Positions 1 to 10,553 of a DNA stretch of 64,000 nucleotides are shown here, piece by piece. The DNA is taken from the NCBI GenBank assembly GCA_964654465.1, contig CAZZIO010000032.1, positions 58,908 to 122,907 on the forward strand, written 5' to 3'. The notes beneath the pieces were generated by a model. It searched no databases. It saw only the letters and a program-made list of their open reading frames with translations, and was not told the DNA's origin. The first letter of the stretch is position 1; every line of letters begins with the position of its first letter. Source of the stretch: an uncultured Dictyoglomota bacterium. Lineage in GTDB: Bacteria; Dictyoglomota; Dictyoglomia; Dictyoglomales; Dictyoglomaceae. A program made the translations under genes and the position numbers.

Positions 1-8
1 GCCAAAGT

Positions 9-84
9 GGGCGGATAGCTCAGTGGTTAGAGCGCCTGCCTTACAAGCAGGAGGTCGTAGGTTCAAGTCCTGCTCCGCCCACCA
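9..84 (+). tRNA. tRNA-Val (anticodon TAC)
   Basis: Cloverleaf: acceptor GGGCGGA/TCCGCCC, anticodon arm CCTGC-CTTACAA-GCAGG, T-loop GGTTCAAGTCC, encoded CCA. Confidence 0.97.
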
Positions 85-92
85 TAAAAAAA

Positions 93-101
93 TGATATAA
101 T
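93..101 (+). promoter_or_regulatory. Possible extended -10 promoter (TGaTATAAT) for tRNA-Asp/Thr
   Basis: TGATATAAT ends 9 nt before tRNA-Asp; AT-rich background makes a chance match possible. Confidence 0.4.
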
Positions 102-110
102 ATATAATGT

Positions 111-189
111 GGGGTCGTGGTGTAGCCCGGTTTAACACACCTGCCTGTCACGCAGGAGACCGCGGGTTCGAATCCCGTCGACCCCGCCA
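111..189 (+). tRNA. tRNA-Asp (anticodon GTC)
   Basis: Acceptor GGGGTCG/CGACCCC, anticodon arm CCTGC-CTGTCAC-GCAGG, GGTTCGAATCC, G73 discriminator, encoded CCA. Confidence 0.97.
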
Positions 190-217
190 TTTTTTTATAG
201 TAAATTGAACCTTGAGG

Positions 218-292
218 GCCGGTGTAGCTCAGAGGCAGAGCAGCCGATTCGTAATCGGCATGTCGCCGGTTCGAATCCGGCCTCCGGCTCCA
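218..292 (+). tRNA. tRNA-Thr (anticodon CGT)
   Basis: Acceptor GCCGGTG/CTCCGGC (one T-T mismatch), anticodon arm GCCGA-TTCGTAA-TCGGC, GGTTCGAATCC, encoded CCA. Confidence 0.95.
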
Positions 293-310
293 TAAGAAGG
301 TGTTATTTAT

Positions 311-724
311 ATGGTTGAATTTGGCAAGGTTGTAGATAAAAAGGGTAATATTTTAAAGATAGAATTAAACCCTACCTCTACGTGTAAGATATGTGGTCTT
401 TGTCATTCGGAAGGTACATATAACTTTTATCTTGATGCCTTAGATAATTGTAACGCAAAAGTTGGCGACACAGTCGTTATTGAGATAGAAAGAAAAAAAT
501 ATTATAAGGCCTTATTTTTAATATACGGATTACCTTTAATTCTTTTCATTATTGGCGTTATTTTGGGATACTTATTCAATCCCAAAATACATTTTGACCC
601 TCAACTTTTTGGACTAATCTTAGGCTTCTTATTAATGGCTCTTGGTTATATTTTGGTAAGATTTTTAGATCGTAAGTTAAGTAAAAAACAACAATATATT
701 ATGGTGGCTAAAAAAGTTGTTTAA
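311..724 (+). CDS. RseC/MucC-family membrane protein (SoxR-reducing system family)
   Basis: N-terminal CxxCxxC (CKICGLC), AKVGDTVVIEI, LIYGLPL followed by two TM helices. Confidence 0.8.
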   Translation: MVEFGKVVDKKGNILKIELNPTSTCKICGLCHSEGTYNFYLDALDNCNAKVGDTVVIEIERKKYYKALFLIYGLPLILFIIGVILGYLFNPKIHFDPQLFGLILGFLLMALGYILVRFLDRKLSKKQQYIMVAKKVV

Positions 725-965
725 AGATTTTAAGCCTCCAAAGGGATATAAATTACTCATAACTGCACCAAACTATATAATTGGTGAATTAGTATATAAC
801 TTATTAACCACTTCAGGTTTACATCCTCAAATTTTATCTTCCTCTTTTCCCTACACAGATCCTGTATATATGGGCAGAGGATTACCTGTTTACATAATAG
901 TACCAGAAAACGAGTTTGAAGAGGCTAAAAGAGTTATAGAAGAAGAAAACATAGATAATAATTGA
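717..965 (+). CDS. DUF2007-like putative signal-transducing protein
   Basis: Small protein with A-x-N...LL..SG and C-terminal YIIVPENEFEEAKRVI pattern; overlaps the upstream gene. Confidence 0.65.
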   Translation: MFKDFKPPKGYKLLITAPNYIIGELVYNLLTTSGLHPQILSSSFPYTDPVYMGRGLPVYIIVPENEFEEAKRVIEEENIDNN

Positions 966-990
966 CTTAATTTATTAACCTTTTTATAAT
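962..990 (+). promoter_or_regulatory. Sigma-A-type promoter for proA-proC-htrA-rlmH
   Basis: TTGACT (962-967), 17 nt, TATAAT (985-990). Confidence 0.7.
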
Positions 991-1022
991 CAGAAAAATT
1001 TTAAGTTCTGGGGTGAGAAAAG

Positions 1023-2270
1023 ATGGAGAATATGGAAAAGAAATTACAAGAAGCTAAAGCTGCAAGTTATAAATTAGCATTACTCAAAACCAAGGCAAAA
1101 AATGAAGCATTAAGAAAAATAGCAGAAGGTATAGAAAAAAATATTCCAATAATATTGGAGGAAAATAAAAAAGATCTAAAAAGAGGAGAAGAAAAAGGCT
1201 TAAGTAAAGCATTAATGGACAGAATACTTCTCAATGAGAAACGTCTAAAAGACATTGTTCGAAGCATTGAAGATGTAATTAAACTGCCAGATCCAGTTGG
1301 AGAAATTATTTCTATGCAAAAAAGGCCTAATGGGATACTAGTAGGACAGATGAGAGTACCTATTGGTGTTTTAGCTTTAATCTACGAAGCACGACCAAAT
1401 GTAACTGTTGATGGAGCAATTTTAGCAATAAAATCGGGAAATTCTATAGTTCTAAGAGGAAGTTCAGATGCCTTATATTCAAATATTGTTCTTGCTAATA
1501 TAATGAAGGAAGCATTATCAGAATCAGAAGTACCCCCAGAAAGTATCCAAATTATAGAGACACCAGAACACTCAGCTGTAGAAAAACTTCTTCAAATGAG
1601 AGATTATATAGATGTGGTCATACCGAGAGGAAGTGCAAATTTTATTAAATATGTAATGAATATATCTAAGGTACCTGTCATAGAAACTGGCGCAGGAAAT
1701 AATCATATATATGTAGAAGAAGATGCTGATTTTGATATGGCGAGAAAAATAATAATAAATGCAAAAGTTCAAAGACCATCTGTTTGTAATGCTATTGAAA
1801 AGCTTCTTATTCACAAAAATATTGCAGATAAATTCATACCATTAATAGTTGAAGACTTAAGAAAATATAATGTGGAGATTAGAGGTTGTGAAAAAACATG
1901 TCAAATTATAAAAGATGCAATTTTAGCTACAGAAGAAGATTGGTACACTGAATATTTAGATCTTATTATTGCAATAAAAGTAGTAAATTCTTTGGAGGAA
2001 GCTATAGAACACATAAATAAATACAATACAAAACACTCAGAAGCTATTATAACAAAAGATTATCATAAAGCAATGACTTTCCTGCAAAGAGTTGATGCAG
2101 CTGCTGTTTATGTTAATGCATCTACTAGATTCACTGATGGTGGAGAATTTGGGCTCGGTGCAGAGATAGGAATATCTACTCAAAAACTACATGCAAGAGG
2201 ACCTATGGGATTAAAGGAGCTGACCACCACTAAATATATCATCTTTGGAGAAGGTCAGATAAGAGAATAA
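1023..2270 (+). CDS. proA: Gamma-glutamyl phosphate reductase
   Basis: IYEARPNVT, RPSVCNA, NASTRFTDGGEFGLGAEIGISTQKLHARGPMGL motifs. Confidence 0.97.
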   Translation: MENMEKKLQEAKAASYKLALLKTKAKNEALRKIAEGIEKNIPIILEENKKDLKRGEEKGLSKALMDRILLNEKRLKDIVRSIEDVIKLPDPVGEIISMQKRPNGILVGQMRVPIGVLALIYEARPNVTVDGAILAIKSGNSIVLRGSSDALYSNIVLANIMKEALSESEVPPESIQIIETPEHSAVEKLLQMRDYIDVVIPRGSANFIKYVMNISKVPVIETGAGNNHIYVEEDADFDMARKIIINAKVQRPSVCNAIEKLLIHKNIADKFIPLIVEDLRKYNVEIRGCEKTCQIIKDAILATEEDWYTEYLDLIIAIKVVNSLEEAIEHINKYNTKHSEAIITKDYHKAMTFLQRVDAAAVYVNASTRFTDGGEFGLGAEIGISTQKLHARGPMGLKELTTTKYIIFGEGQIRE

Positions 2271-2288
2271 AAAGAAAGGAGAAGTAAT

Positions 2289-3107
2289 ATGAAACTTGGT
2301 ATTATTGGTGGAGGAATGATGGGAGAAGCTATTCTCTCGGGTATACTTTCCTCTTCCTTTTTAAAAAAAGAAGATATATTAGTCTCAGAACCTCTTGAAG
2401 AGAGAAAAAAATGTTTAACAGAAAAATATGAAATAAGGGTGGTTTCAGATAATGTATATACGGTGAATAATTGTGAATATATTCTTTTAGCTATAAAACC
2501 ACAAAACTTCAAAGAGGTACTTCAAGAAATTTCTCCACATATAAAATCCCATCATGTAATAATATCAATAGCAGCTGGTATTCCTATTTCCTTAATATCT
2601 AAATATATAAAAGAAGCAAGAAGTATTATTAGAGTAATGCCTAATCTTCCCTGTACTGTTAATAAAGGAACAATAGCGATTACATATTCAGAAGCAAAAG
2701 AGGAAGATATTAAGTTTACTAAAAGTCTTTTTGAAACAACTGGAAAAGTATGGATTTTGCCTGAAAAATATTTTGATACAGTAACTGCTCTTACGGGAAG
2801 TGGTCCAGCTTTTGTTGCTTTAATTTTACAAGGTTTTACATTATCAGGTGTAAAAGGTGGGATACCATATAATATATCAAAAGAGATAGTTATTCAACTT
2901 TTCGAGGGAGTATTGGAGTATATTAAGAGTAAAAATCTAACCTTTGAAGATATAATTAGAATGACCTCATCACCTGCTGGCACAACCATCATGGGACTTG
3001 AAGTTCTATATAATGAAGGAATTATTGGAATAATTATGAATGCTATAACGTCATCCAAAAATAGAGGCTCTGAAATAACTAATGAGATTAAGGAGGGACT
3101 GCTATGA
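2289..3107 (+). CDS. proC: Pyrroline-5-carboxylate reductase
   Basis: GIIGGGMMG Rossmann motif, RVMPN, ALTGSGPAF, SSPAGTT. Confidence 0.95.
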   Translation: MKLGIIGGGMMGEAILSGILSSSFLKKEDILVSEPLEERKKCLTEKYEIRVVSDNVYTVNNCEYILLAIKPQNFKEVLQEISPHIKSHHVIISIAAGIPISLISKYIKEARSIIRVMPNLPCTVNKGTIAITYSEAKEEDIKFTKSLFETTGKVWILPEKYFDTVTALTGSGPAFVALILQGFTLSGVKGGIPYNISKEIVIQLFEGVLEYIKSKNLTFEDIIRMTSSPAGTTIMGLEVLYNEGIIGIIMNAITSSKNRGSEITNEIKEGLL

Positions 3108-4273
3108 GAAGAGAAAGAGGAATATGGCAGGTTATACTTATTATTTTCATCTTGGGAGCTATAATAGGTGGCTTAATTGGAACTGTTGGAGGTTACTATT
3201 TAGTTAGTAATAAAAATAAAACATCATCCACAGAAATATCCAATAATATTCTTCCCACTCAAGAGGTTTATGTACCAAGTGCATTAGGATCTTTTGAAAA
3301 AGATGTAGTAGCTATTGTTAAAAAGACAATGCCAGCAGTAGTAAACATAAGTACTATTACTTTAGTTGAAGACTTTTTCTTTGGAGTATATCCTCAGTCA
3401 GGAGTAGGTTCAGGCTTCGTCATAGATCCTAAGGGATACATTCTTACAAACTATCATGTGGTAGAAGGAGCAAGAAAAATAGAAGTTACACTATCGGAAG
3501 GTAAAAAATATACAGGTAAGGTAATAGGATATGATAAAAGATCAGATTTAGCAGTAATCAAAATAGATGCTGAAAATCTTCCTTATCTGCCCTTAGGAGA
3601 TTCTGATAAATTAGAACCAGGTCAATTTGCCATAGCTATAGGAAACCCTTATGGTCTTAATAGGACAGTCACCTTAGGAATAGTTAGTGCTCTTAACAGA
3701 ACCATTATTGAACCTAATGGAGTAAGACTTGAAAATCTTATTCAAACAGATGCTGCTATTAACCCTGGAAATAGTGGTGGACCACTTATAAATATAAAGG
3801 GAGAAGTTATAGGTATAAATACTGCAATAAAAAGTGATGCCCAAGGAATTGGGTTTGCAATACCAATTAACAAAGCTAAACAAATTGCAAACAAATTAAT
3901 TAAAGAAGGAAAAATTACTTACCCATGGATAGGTATAAGAGGATATGCTATTACTTCTGATATGTTGGATTATATTAAGTTCCCTGTAAATAAAGGAGTA
4001 GTTATAGCAGAAGTAGTACCTGGAAGTCCTGCTGATAAAGCTGGCTTAAAAGGAGGAAACAGAGTCATTTATGTTGATGGTACTCAAATAATTGTAGGTG
4101 GAGATATCATCACTAAAATTGACGGAAAAAGTGTAGATAGTATGGAAGAACTAAGGTCAGAAATACAAAAAAGAAAAGTAGGAGATGTGGTAGAAATAAC
4201 ATACATAAGAAATGGAAAGGAATATACTGTTAAAATTAAGTTAGAAGCAATGCCAGAAGACATATCCGGATAG
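3104..4273 (+). CDS. htrA: HtrA/DegP-family membrane-anchored serine protease with PDZ domain
   Basis: N-terminal [31 protein letters not shown]-terminal PDZ. Confidence 0.93.
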   Translation: MRRERGIWQVILIIFILGAIIGGLIGTVGGYYLVSNKNKTSSTEISNNILPTQEVYVPSALGSFEKDVVAIVKKTMPAVVNISTITLVEDFFFGVYPQSGVGSGFVIDPKGYILTNYHVVEGARKIEVTLSEGKKYTGKVIGYDKRSDLAVIKIDAENLPYLPLGDSDKLEPGQFAIAIGNPYGLNRTVTLGIVSALNRTIIEPNGVRLENLIQTDAAINPGNSGGPLINIKGEVIGINTAIKSDAQGIGFAIPINKAKQIANKLIKEGKITYPWIGIRGYAITSDMLDYIKFPVNKGVVIAEVVPGSPADKAGLKGGNRVIYVDGTQIIVGGDIITKIDGKSVDSMEELRSEIQKRKVGDVVEITYIRNGKEYTVKIKLEAMPEDISG

Positions 4274-4737
4274 TGAAAATTAAGATTTTATTAGTAGGAA
4301 AAATAAGAAATGAATTTATCAGGGTAGGAGTCCATGAATATAGAAAAAGGCTCCTACCCTTTTTTAATATAGACATCGAATATCTACAAAATTTCTCCAA
4401 TTTACCTAAGGAAATTGCTTTATCAAAAGAAGGAGAAATTATAAAAAAAATAATTAAAGATAAAAAATATATTATATCCTTAGATAAAGAAGGCAAAGAA
4501 TTATCCTCTGAAGAATTTGCTTATAAGCTTTTTGATTCAGACAAAATTTCTCAAAATAATGAAATAATCTTTATTATCGGAGGAATATACGGAATACCAG
4601 AAGACATTAAAAAATCCAGTAATCTTATCTTATCACTTTCCAAAATGACCTTCACTCATGAATTTGCATTATTAATCCTATTAGAACAGATATACAGAGG
4701 AATAAAAATTTTAAAAAACGAACCTTATCATTATTAA
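4273..4737 (+). CDS. rlmH: 23S rRNA (pseudouridine1915-N3)-methyltransferase
   Basis: [28 protein letters not shown]-terminal PYH; GTG start. Confidence 0.95.
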   Translation: MKIKILLVGKIRNEFIRVGVHEYRKRLLPFFNIDIEYLQNFSNLPKEIALSKEGEIIKKIIKDKKYIISLDKEGKELSSEEFAYKLFDSDKISQNNEIIFIIGGIYGIPEDIKKSSNLILSLSKMTFTHEFALLILLEQIYRGIKILKNEPYHY

Positions 4738-4739
4738 GA

Positions 4740-5810
4740 TTATTTCCTCTTTGTAAGAAGATACATACCTAAGATTAAAAAGATTATATTTCCTAACCAT
4801 GCTCCTAAAAAGTAAGAAATAATCCCTGCCTTGGCAAGAGATCTTCCTATAGAAAATAATATGTAATACACAAAAATAGAAATAACGCTTAAACCAAAAG
4901 AAAGAGATCTACCACCTTTTCCCATCTGAAGGCCTAATCCAAGAGCTAAAATTGCAAAAATTGGACAAGTAAAAGGGAGAGCAATTCTTATATGAAACTC
5001 TGTCTTTAGATTTCTTGTATTTAATCCAATTCCTTCAAAAAGTTTTATCTGATTTATAATCTCAAAAATACTCATTTCATCAATAGGCTTTGATGAAGGT
5101 GTTAATTGTTCTGGATTTCTAGTCAGATTAACCTTTTGTTCCTTGAATTTTCCTTGAAAAATCATTTCCCCATTATCATTAAGTGCATATATCTCTCCAT
5201 CTTGAAATCTCCAACCCACGTCTTCATTGAAATATGCCCTTTTAGCAGACATAATTAATTTTATCTTCCCATCTTCTAAAAATTGAATTAATAGTATATC
5301 CTCAAATTTTTTATTTTTAGGATCCACTTTTCTGAAAAAGTAGAAATTATGATTTTCATTGAAAAATACATCCTCACGTGCAGGAACTAATACTGTATTA
5401 TATACCTTGCTTAATAATATTTTTTCTCTTTCATAGGCCTTAGGAGAAAGGATCTCATTAAAATAAAACATAATAATCTGTACAGAAAAAGACAAAATAA
5501 GTATAGCAGGCAAAAAATATCTTATAGAAGCTCCTGAAGCTTTCATTGCCATAATTTCTCCATGTTCACTAAATTGGCCTATAACAAAGATAACTGCGAG
5601 AAATATAGCCATAGGAAAAGTATAAGTTAAGTATGGGGGAATCTTTGTCAGAAAAATCTGAAAAGCTAAATCTAAAGGTACCGAACGAGCTATAACCAAA
5701 TCCATAATACTAAAAAGGGGAGAAATAATTAGGATGGTAGAAAAAAGTAAAACTCCCACAATAAACACAGGTATAAAATTTTTGAGAAAATATTGAGAAA
5801 TTATTTTCAA
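4740..5810 (-). CDS. LptF/LptG (YjgP/YjgQ)-family LPS export permease
   Basis: 3 N-terminal TMs, GEIMAMKASG, periplasmic beta-rich domain with SAKRA..W.F.DG, 3 C-terminal TMs ending GAWLGN. Confidence 0.88.
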   Translation of the reverse strand: MKIISQYFLKNFIPVFIVGVLLFSTILIISPLFSIMDLVIARSVPLDLAFQIFLTKIPPYLTYTFPMAIFLAVIFVIGQFSEHGEIMAMKASGASIRYFLPAILILSFSVQIIMFYFNEILSPKAYEREKILLSKVYNTVLVPAREDVFFNENHNFYFFRKVDPKNKKFEDILLIQFLEDGKIKLIMSAKRAYFNEDVGWRFQDGEIYALNDNGEMIFQGKFKEQKVNLTRNPEQLTPSSKPIDEMSIFEIINQIKLFEGIGLNTRNLKTEFHIRIALPFTCPIFAILALGLGLQMGKGGRSLSFGLSVISIFVYYILFSIGRSLAKAGIISYFLGAWLGNIIFLILGMYLLTKRK

Positions 5811-5813
5811 AGC

Positions 5814-8144
5814 CTAAACGGGGCTTTCCAATATGGCAATTGTAGCCCCTTCTCCTCCCTCCGCTAGTGAGGCTAAATAAAATTCTTTTACATAGGGTAC
5901 ACTTTTTAAATATTCGTGAACAGCATTTCTTAATTTACCCGTACCTTTCCCATGAATTATTCTTACTCTTCTTAATCCAGCTAAAAAGGCCTTTTCTAAA
6001 TATTTTTTCAATTCTTCTAATGCCTCATTTACAGTCATCATTCTTATATTAAGCTCAGAAGGAACATTCTCTTTATTATCTCTTTGTATATATACATATT
6101 TATTAATAATATGTTCCTCCTTTGATATAACCTGCTCTAATTCATTCCAAGGAATGTTTATTTTTATAATTCCCACTTGTACTGTAACTATTTTTTTCTC
6201 TCTATCTATATCCAGTACTATACCTTCTTTTTTTGTATTTTTAATCCTTACTCTATCTCCTTCTTGAGGAATATATTCTATATTAACAAATTCCTCTTGA
6301 GAGATAAGCTCCTTTTTAATTAATCTTATATCTTCTTGAAGTTTCTGTGCCTCTTTCATACTAATATTCCCTTTCTGCAATTCCCTAATTATATTTTTTA
6401 CTTTATTCTCTACCTCCATTAATTCCTCCATTATCTCCTTTTTCTGTTTATCCTTTAACTCTTCCTTTTCTTTTTGTATACTCCTCTTCTCTTCTTCTAT
6501 TTTTCTTTTCTCCTCCTGTAACTCTTTCCTAATCTTTTCTACTTTTTCTATTTCTTCTTGAAGCTTTCTTCTTCCCCTTTGTAATTCTCCTATAACTTCT
6601 TCCAATTCTATTTCTTCTTCACTTAGAAAACCCATTGCTCTATCTAAAATTTTTCTTGGCAAACCAAGTTTTTTAGCAATTAAAAGTGCATTACTCTTAC
6701 CAGGTATTCCGATGTTTATTTTATATAAAGGTTTAAGAGTATTCTCATCAAATTCAAGAGAAGCATTCTCCATACCTTCATATTTGGAAGCCAAAATCTT
6801 AAGCTGAGGAAAGTGAGTTGCTATAACATTTATTGTATCTTTACTATGAAAGTACTCCAATAAAGCCACTGCTAATGCAGCGCCCTCTTGTGGATCTGTA
6901 CCTGCTCCAAGTTCATCCAGAATTACTAAAACTTTTCTATCTCCAGTTTTCTCCAAATAATCTATAAATGAAATTATGTTAGTCATATGGGAAGAAAAGG
7001 TACTAAGATTTTGCTCAATACTTTGTTCATCTCCTATATCTGGAAATACTTGATTGAATATTCCAAGAGCAGTGCCTTCTTTAGCAGGTACAGGAATTCC
7101 TGCTTGATTTAAAAGTACAAAAAGACCGATAGTTTTTAATGTTACAGTTTTTCCTCCAGTATTAGGACCTGTAATAACTAAGGTATTAAATTTTCTTCCT
7201 ACTTCTAAACTTATAGGAACAGCCTTTTCTCCAAGAAACGGATGTCTGCCTTCCCTTATAATTATTACAGGATTCTCATCTATAATGGGTATTGTAGCAT
7301 TATACCTTTGTGCCCATTTAATTTTCGCATATACAAAATCCAAATAGAAAGCAGTATTTAAGGTTTCTAAAACTTCCTCTTTATGTTCTAAGAATTGTAA
7401 AGAAAGCTTTCTTAGTATCTTCTCTATCTCTTTTTTTTCTTCAACCTCTAATAAAGCTAACTGATTATTTAACTCAACGATAGAAAGAGGTTCCACATAT
7501 ACTGTGAGTCCAGAAGTAGATTGGTCATGTACAATTCCAGAAATTTTAGTCTTAAATTCTTGTTTTACAGGAACCACATATCTTCCATGTCTTATAGTAA
7601 CAATTTGATCTTGTAAATATATACGCCAATCTTTATTTATAATATTATTTAAAGTTTCTTTGATTTTTTGTTGGATTCTCTCCTTCTTTTGTCTTATGGA
7701 CTTTAACTCAGGAGACGCTGTATCAAGTACTTCAGCATTTTGAATAGCTTTTCTTATCTGTGAATAAAGATCTGATAATACAAATATATTCCTTCCCCAT
7801 AGATTTGGTGCTAAATTTTTAGCTTTATTCTGATAATCTTTCAATTTTTTAAAAGTCTCTAATGTATTAGCAATTTCCTCAAATTCTTCAGGATATATTA
7901 TTCCACCTATCTCTGCCTTCTCAATATAACTTCTTAAATCTTTTACTCCAGAAAAGGTAGGATAACCTAAAGAATAGACTGTTTTTAAAGCCTCTTCATT
8001 TAATAAATGCCATCTACTAATAATATCTATCTCTGTAATTGGCCTCAAGCTTAAAATTAGCTCTTTTCCACCTGTAGTTTCAGTCTCTTTTTCTATCTCT
8101 TTTATAATCTTTTCCCATTCTAATACTTTTAAGGCTTTTTCCAT
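5814..8144 (-). CDS. mutS2: MutS2 endonuclease / ribosome collision sensor
   Basis: ITGPNTGGKT, DELGAGTDP, coiled coil, KOW-like region, C-terminal Smr domain IIHGKGTG. Confidence 0.96.
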   Translation of the reverse strand: MEKALKVLEWEKIIKEIEKETETTGGKELILSLRPITEIDIISRWHLLNEEALKTVYSLGYPTFSGVKDLRSYIEKAEIGGIIYPEEFEEIANTLETFKKLKDYQNKAKNLAPNLWGRNIFVLSDLYSQIRKAIQNAEVLDTASPELKSIRQKKERIQQKIKETLNNIINKDWRIYLQDQIVTIRHGRYVVPVKQEFKTKISGIVHDQSTSGLTVYVEPLSIVELNNQLALLEVEEKKEIEKILRKLSLQFLEHKEEVLETLNTAFYLDFVYAKIKWAQRYNATIPIIDENPVIIIREGRHPFLGEKAVPISLEVGRKFNTLVITGPNTGGKTVTLKTIGLFVLLNQAGIPVPAKEGTALGIFNQVFPDIGDEQSIEQNLSTFSSHMTNIISFIDYLEKTGDRKVLVILDELGAGTDPQEGAALAVALLEYFHSKDTINVIATHFPQLKILASKYEGMENASLEFDENTLKPLYKINIGIPGKSNALLIAKKLGLPRKILDRAMGFLSEEEIELEEVIGELQRGRRKLQEEIEKVEKIRKELQEEKRKIEEEKRSIQKEKEELKDKQKKEIMEELMEVENKVKNIIRELQKGNISMKEAQKLQEDIRLIKKELISQEEFVNIEYIPQEGDRVRIKNTKKEGIVLDIDREKKIVTVQVGIIKINIPWNELEQVISKEEHIINKYVYIQRDNKENVPSELNIRMMTVNEALEELKKYLEKAFLAGLRRVRIIHGKGTGKLRNAVHEYLKSVPYVKEFYLASLAEGGEGATIAILESPV

Positions 8145-10541
8145 TTATTTCTGTCTTAAATACACTCCTATTTCTGAAAGATTTAACAGTATATTTTTGA
8201 TAATATCATCTACTTCATTATCAGTAAGGGTATAATCTTCCGAAACAAAAAACATAGAGAAAGTAACACTTTTGTATCCTTCTTCTATCTTCTCCCCTTT
8301 ATATACATCAATAACATTTAAATTCTTTAATAAATTTCCAGAAACTTTTCTTATAACATTTTCTACGTTTACTACTTGCATATCTTCTGGAATAAGAAGA
8401 GCAAGATCTCGCTTAATACCAGGATATATTGGTATAGGTTTATATTTTGTCTTTTCTTTTACAAAATTAAGTTTATCTAAATTTATCTCAGAAAAATACA
8501 CTCTCTCCCTTAAACTCATTTCTTGAGTAATCCATGGATTTACTTCACCCAGATATCCTATTATTTCTCCATTTAAAGATATTTGGCTTTGTCTTAAAGG
8601 ATGTAGAAAAGAATAAGTACTATTTAGAAAATCAGGGTTAATACCCCATATCTTTTCAAAAAGAAGTTCTATTATTCCTTTTAAGTCATAAAAATCTACT
8701 TTTCTAATCTCATATGGTATATTCCATGTATTTGTATACCATCCCCCAGAAAGCAAAATTGCCAAATGTTTTTCCTCAATATAACCGCTAGTGTTTTTGT
8801 AAAATACTTTTCCAATTTCAAATAGAAATACATCTTTATTTTGTCTATTATTATTGATTTGAGCAACCTTCAGAAGAGATGGAAGAAGGGAAGTTCTTAA
8901 TACAGAGTTTTCCAAACTTAATGGATTTTGTATATTTATATAATTATTGAATGGAGAGATGTCTAATACACCTGAGTTTTTAAGATCTTCGTAGGACATA
9001 AAACTAAAATTGATGGTCTCATAAAGTCCTATATCAGATAGAAGTTCTCTTATTTTTCTTTCAACAATCTCTTCTACCAAAGGTGGATCTACAACCATTC
9101 CTTTCTGGAGTGGTAAAGATGCTATGCTATTGTATCCATGAAAACGTGCAACCTCTTCAATTAAATCTATTTCCTCCTTAATATCTTGTCTATGAGATGG
9201 AATTTCTATCTCTAATATTGGATTATGAGATATAACTTTAAATTCTATTTTTGATAATATTTCTATAATTTCATTTTCTTTTAATTCTGTACCAAGAATC
9301 TTATTTACTCTTTGAGGTCTTAAAAATATTTTTGGTAAAGGAGGCAATCCTTGATTCAGATCTATTTTATCTTTTGATATCTCACCTTCAGCAACCAATC
9401 TTACCATCTCAGCAGCATAATCTAATATCTCTGCAGTCCTATAAATATCTACACCTCTTTCAAAACGCAAGGAAGCATCAGTTCTTAAACCTAATTTTCT
9501 TGCACTTCTTCTAATATTAACAGGCATAAAATTGGCTGCTTCAAGAAGTACATTTTCAGTGTTTTCATTTATTTCTGTTTCTTTTCCTCCCATAATACCA
9601 CCAATACCTACAGCCCTTTCCGCATCGGCTATAACTAATACATTTTCATCCAATTCTTTTTCTTCCCCATTTATTAATATAATCTTTTCTCCCTGTTTTG
9701 CTCTTCTGACAATTAATTTTCCTCCTTTAATAAGATCAAAATCATAAGCATGCAAAGGCTGGCCTGTTTCTAGCATTATATAATTAGTAACATCAACTAC
9801 ATTGTTTATAGATCTAAGTCCAACTCTTTCTATTTTCCATCTTAACCATAAAGGAGAAGGACCTATTTTGACCCCCTTTATAAACTTTAAAGTAAAACGA
9901 GGGCAAAGTTCATAATCCCATACCTCACACTCTGCAAACTCTTTTATAGAATAAGTAGAATCTTTCGGTTTCTTATATTCAAAATTTAAAGGAATACCAA
10001 AATACCCAGATACTTCTCTTGCAATTCCTATATAACTTAAACAATCTCCTCTATTTGATGGTACTTCTATTTCTATCAAATAGTCTCCATCCCCAAAATA
10101 TTCACTAAATTTTGATCCAACCTTAAAATCTTGAGGTAGAATCATAATTCCTTCTTTATCATCAGAAAATTCTAATTCATATTCTGAGCAGAGCATTCCT
10201 TCAGAAATAATGCCTCCAAAATCTCTCTTTTCTAAAGTTGCACCTAATATTTGGGTATTGGGTAATGCTACAGGCACCTTATCACCAATATTGATATTTT
10301 TTGCTCCTGTCACAATACTTAAATTTTTATCCCGTACATCCACATTACACACTAAAAGATGATCATATTTAGAATGTTTATTTATATCTTTTATCTCTCC
10401 AATTAATATCTCATTCCAGTTTTTACCTATCTCTTTTTGAATAGTAGCATATAGACCAAGATTTCTTAATGCATTTACCAATTCTTTTACAGGAACATTC
10501 TCTTTTAGATAATCCATTAACCATCTATATGAGATCAGCAT
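8145..10541 (-). CDS. pheT: Phenylalanine--tRNA ligase beta subunit
   Basis: SEGMLCS, NRGDCLS, INNVVDVTNY, RFERGVD, C-terminal FDX-ACB RDLALL. Confidence 0.97.
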   Translation of the reverse strand: MLISYRWLMDYLKENVPVKELVNALRNLGLYATIQKEIGKNWNEILIGEIKDINKHSKYDHLLVCNVDVRDKNLSIVTGAKNINIGDKVPVALPNTQILGATLEKRDFGGIISEGMLCSEYELEFSDDKEGIMILPQDFKVGSKFSEYFGDGDYLIEIEVPSNRGDCLSYIGIAREVSGYFGIPLNFEYKKPKDSTYSIKEFAECEVWDYELCPRFTLKFIKGVKIGPSPLWLRWKIERVGLRSINNVVDVTNYIMLETGQPLHAYDFDLIKGGKLIVRRAKQGEKIILINGEEKELDENVLVIADAERAVGIGGIMGGKETEINENTENVLLEAANFMPVNIRRSARKLGLRTDASLRFERGVDIYRTAEILDYAAEMVRLVAEGEISKDKIDLNQGLPPLPKIFLRPQRVNKILGTELKENEIIEILSKIEFKVISHNPILEIEIPSHRQDIKEEIDLIEEVARFHGYNSIASLPLQKGMVVDPPLVEEIVERKIRELLSDIGLYETINFSFMSYEDLKNSGVLDISPFNNYINIQNPLSLENSVLRTSLLPSLLKVAQINNNRQNKDVFLFEIGKVFYKNTSGYIEEKHLAILLSGGWYTNTWNIPYEIRKVDFYDLKGIIELLFEKIWGINPDFLNSTYSFLHPLRQSQISLNGEIIGYLGEVNPWITQEMSLRERVYFSEINLDKLNFVKEKTKYKPIPIYPGIKRDLALLIPEDMQVVNVENVIRKVSGNLLKNLNVIDVYKGEKIEEGYKSVTFSMFFVSEDYTLTDNEVDDIIKNILLNLSEIGVYLRQK

Positions 10542-10553
10542 CTTATACCCCCT

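Noticed and set aside
1023-3107. proA-proC without proB, and argB without other arg genes
   Set aside because: Split amino-acid operons are common and the missing genes may lie outside the window; this cannot be judged here.
4700-4745. rlmH 3' end and the tRNA cluster as island attachment sites
   Set aside because: Both are known hotspots in other bacteria, but here they are flanked by core genes with no recombinase or direct repeats.
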